Positions 61,559-64,000 of a stretch of 64,000 nt of DNA are shown here, in pieces. The notes under the pieces are model-generated. The model was not told where the DNA came from, did not search any database, and saw only the letters and a program-made list of their open reading frames with translations. Origin of the DNA: Podospora anserina. Its lineage: Eukaryota. Position 1 is the first letter of the stretch. Each line of letters starts with the position of its first letter. Position numbers and translations under genes: made by a program. Location: the NCBI GenBank assembly GCA_017654855.1, contig CM030338.1, positions 868,001-932,000 on the forward strand. The letters run 5' to 3'.

Positions 61559-64000
61559 AGTAGGGCTGGGGATCATAGGATGTGATGATTTGGGGGAGGG
61601 GTGGGCGGATTGGGGAGTGGTTGTCTAGGGCGGACATGGCACAGCAGGACGGTAAGGCTACGGCCGAGATGTGGGCTGCTGCAGGACGGGAGGACAAATG
61701 TCATGATATGCAGGTAAGGAACCGGGCGTTTCCACTGTTGTTTCTCTCTTGGGGTTTTTCCTTTGATGGTTTGGTTCTCGTGTCATGGTCATATGATGAC
61801 CGTGTCATCGGCGCATGACACTAAACAAAAACACACTGGGAAAAAAAAAATGTATCTCTCCTTGGTTTAAGTGAGCGTCTTACTTAGTTTCTGTGGGATT
61901 TTCTGGCTTATCAACAACACGTTTTCTTTCTTGGTCTGTTTCTTTTTGGGGCATGGGGTTACGGTACGGTATAGGGTACGGTACGTTTGGGGGGGCAGGT
62001 TAAAAGGACTAGGGTAAGGAAGGGAAAAGGAAGCACTCCGAGATGTTTGTTACCACGTTTAATTTTCATTACTGTCTGTCTGGTGGTCATGACTGGAGTT
62101 GTTACGAAACGCAACTACAACGAAACGCAGCTGTAGGTACCTAATGTTATCACACTGATGTAACAAACCTTCAGTAACCAGACTATCTGCTTCCCGCACT
62201 ATCTCCATGTGTTGGATATCATTAGCTCTTCCGGTCCCGTCATCTCGAGATGATCTACACACACCAATGCAAGGCAAATCATCACCACATTCATGCCCAT
62301 ATCCGCCTCTCGGCCGGGTACTCACTCCGCCCTACCTCCTACATCCCAGCCAATGTTTTGATCTTGGATGCTGTGTCAAGTGACACAACAACGGGGTCTC
62401 TACTGCAGAAGAACAAGTTCGTCTCTCTGTGCGGGGGTAGTACTACATGATCAGTTTACAGCATATTCAGGCGTGGCAACATGAGATATAAAGTGCTTCT
62501 AGAATAAAAATGTGAAGTGGCATGATTTGTAATTGTTGTACTGCAGGTGCTTTTTGAGAGAAAACACACCTACTTAGTCGCATACGGCTAATGTGTTGTG
62601 CTTACCTTACTTGCAGATGGTCTGTTGATGGTCACGGTGACGGGCAGGACGCCGTGCGAGTACCGGTCAGTAGTGTAGATTTAATCTATTTGGTAGATCT
62701 GCGGGAGTGAAAGAAGTGAGGGTGAAATCCGGTTTGGTGTTTTAGTTTGGGGTTACATGACAACACTACCAACAAAATGATGAGACCTGCCTGGTGGTTC
62801 GTCTTTGTCGAAGAACTAGGAGTTTCAAGGAGTCAAAGGGGATGGTACCTTCCTCCCATCTCTTCCACGGAGAAGTTATTCCGGGCTTGTTTCTCCGTGG
62901 AAACACCCAACCCGTCCCATCCATATATCGCGCAGATCAAAGGTATACAGGGCGAGACTCGAGGTAACCTCAAGCTTCCACCTCCACCTACCACAAAAGT
63001 CACGATATCTTCCTAAAATAATTGCCTGCCAGCAAAGCCTCACTCTGTTCACCTTTGGGCGTAGCTAGTGCAAGCTAGCCCGCCCTTCCGCCGATCAGGC
63101 TTGATTTTGCCACCACTGTGATACCCTTCCGTCGTGACCTCGCAGAAGAAGACGCATATGACACAGTACTATCTCTTAAACATGGTCCTCAATCAAGTCC
63201 TGTGATTGAGGACTTTGCAAAAGTGCACATTCAGGGCGCACAGAAACCGTGTCTTGGCCAAAGGCTTTAACCCAGCTGCGGATCACGTCGACGAAGTGTG
63301 GTGATTCACAGAACTGGCGGTCTGGGTGTATTAGACCTATCATGCTTCGAGTTCATCACTCCTTCTATTGAATCCTATCAAGACGAAGCAGAGGGGCATC
63401 AACACACCGCCCCTAAGCCGCCCTTTGTCACGAGGACACCAAAACGCCAAGACGTCGTGATGGCTTCAACTTTCTCCCTACCAAGAAAACTAACAGCAAG
63501 GTACCCACCCACATTTCTTCCCGTCCTAATAACATGACCTAGCTTGTCTACCGTCCCCCGAGAATACATTGCCGCCAACCAAGTGAGACACTCCTCGCCC
63601 TGCTACTACTACAACTACATGTCCCGTCTGTAGATCTATCACCTGCTTTCTTCACCAACCCAGCCGATAAAACTCGGGCAGCCAATATGCATGTTTAGGG
63701 GCGCCCACTCCCGACTGCACCCACACTCCCCGAACCCATACTCATCAGAGGTTCCAGGCGCCTATACGAACAATCCCTTTTTGGGAGACAGCGTTACCCA
63801 ATGATCTGACCCTGTTTCAGCACGGTATCTTTCCCTTACACCACGCCCCTTTTATCTCTTCTTCCCAGTTTCTAGACGTTAATGTCATCCAAAAAAAAAA
63901 AAGAAACCATGATTGCCCCTGCGTCCCCAGGTCGTCCAATGGTTTCCATGTTTGGCACCACCAACCACTTACACCATACATCGGGCACTTCACACCACTT

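Noticed and set aside
62059..62450. Short ORFs near the window end
   Set aside because: No supportable start, splice model or domain.

Overview
Eukaryotic, intron-rich genomic DNA from a filamentous ascomycete. Short GT-AG introns with CTRAC branch points, a class II cellobiose dehydrogenase and a Thr-initiated histone H4 point to Sordariales, probably Podospora-like (inference). I built about 19 protein-coding gene models by hand plus one intron-containing tRNA-Arg(UCG). Most are conserved housekeeping genes: ARL2, SNX41/ATG20-type sorting nexin, CEG1, CBR1, GIG1-like, SND2, CDC27, H4, TRS20, MRPL31, CBC2 and NUP82. The rest are a CDH, a prolyl-4-hydroxylase-like gene, a Zn2Cys6 factor, a gelsolin-type protein, a CRIB-only protein, a GW-repeat/GNAT protein and two orphans. 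An ~11 kb stretch (10.1-21.1 kb) has no gene I can support. I see no transposon, CRISPR array, rRNA or biosynthetic cluster, and cannot claim a proven new system. Best leads: the GW-repeat + YxxPHLR + GNAT protein; an AIM-like peptide in-frame inside the SNX41 first intron; the hairpin/ACGCGT-bearing H4 intron; GC-AG plus stopless introns in CBC2; a possible mitochondrial isoform of the GIG1-like gene; and recurrent orientation-independent C-to-G skew jumps. Coordinates were counted by eye and family names come from motif recognition, not database searches.
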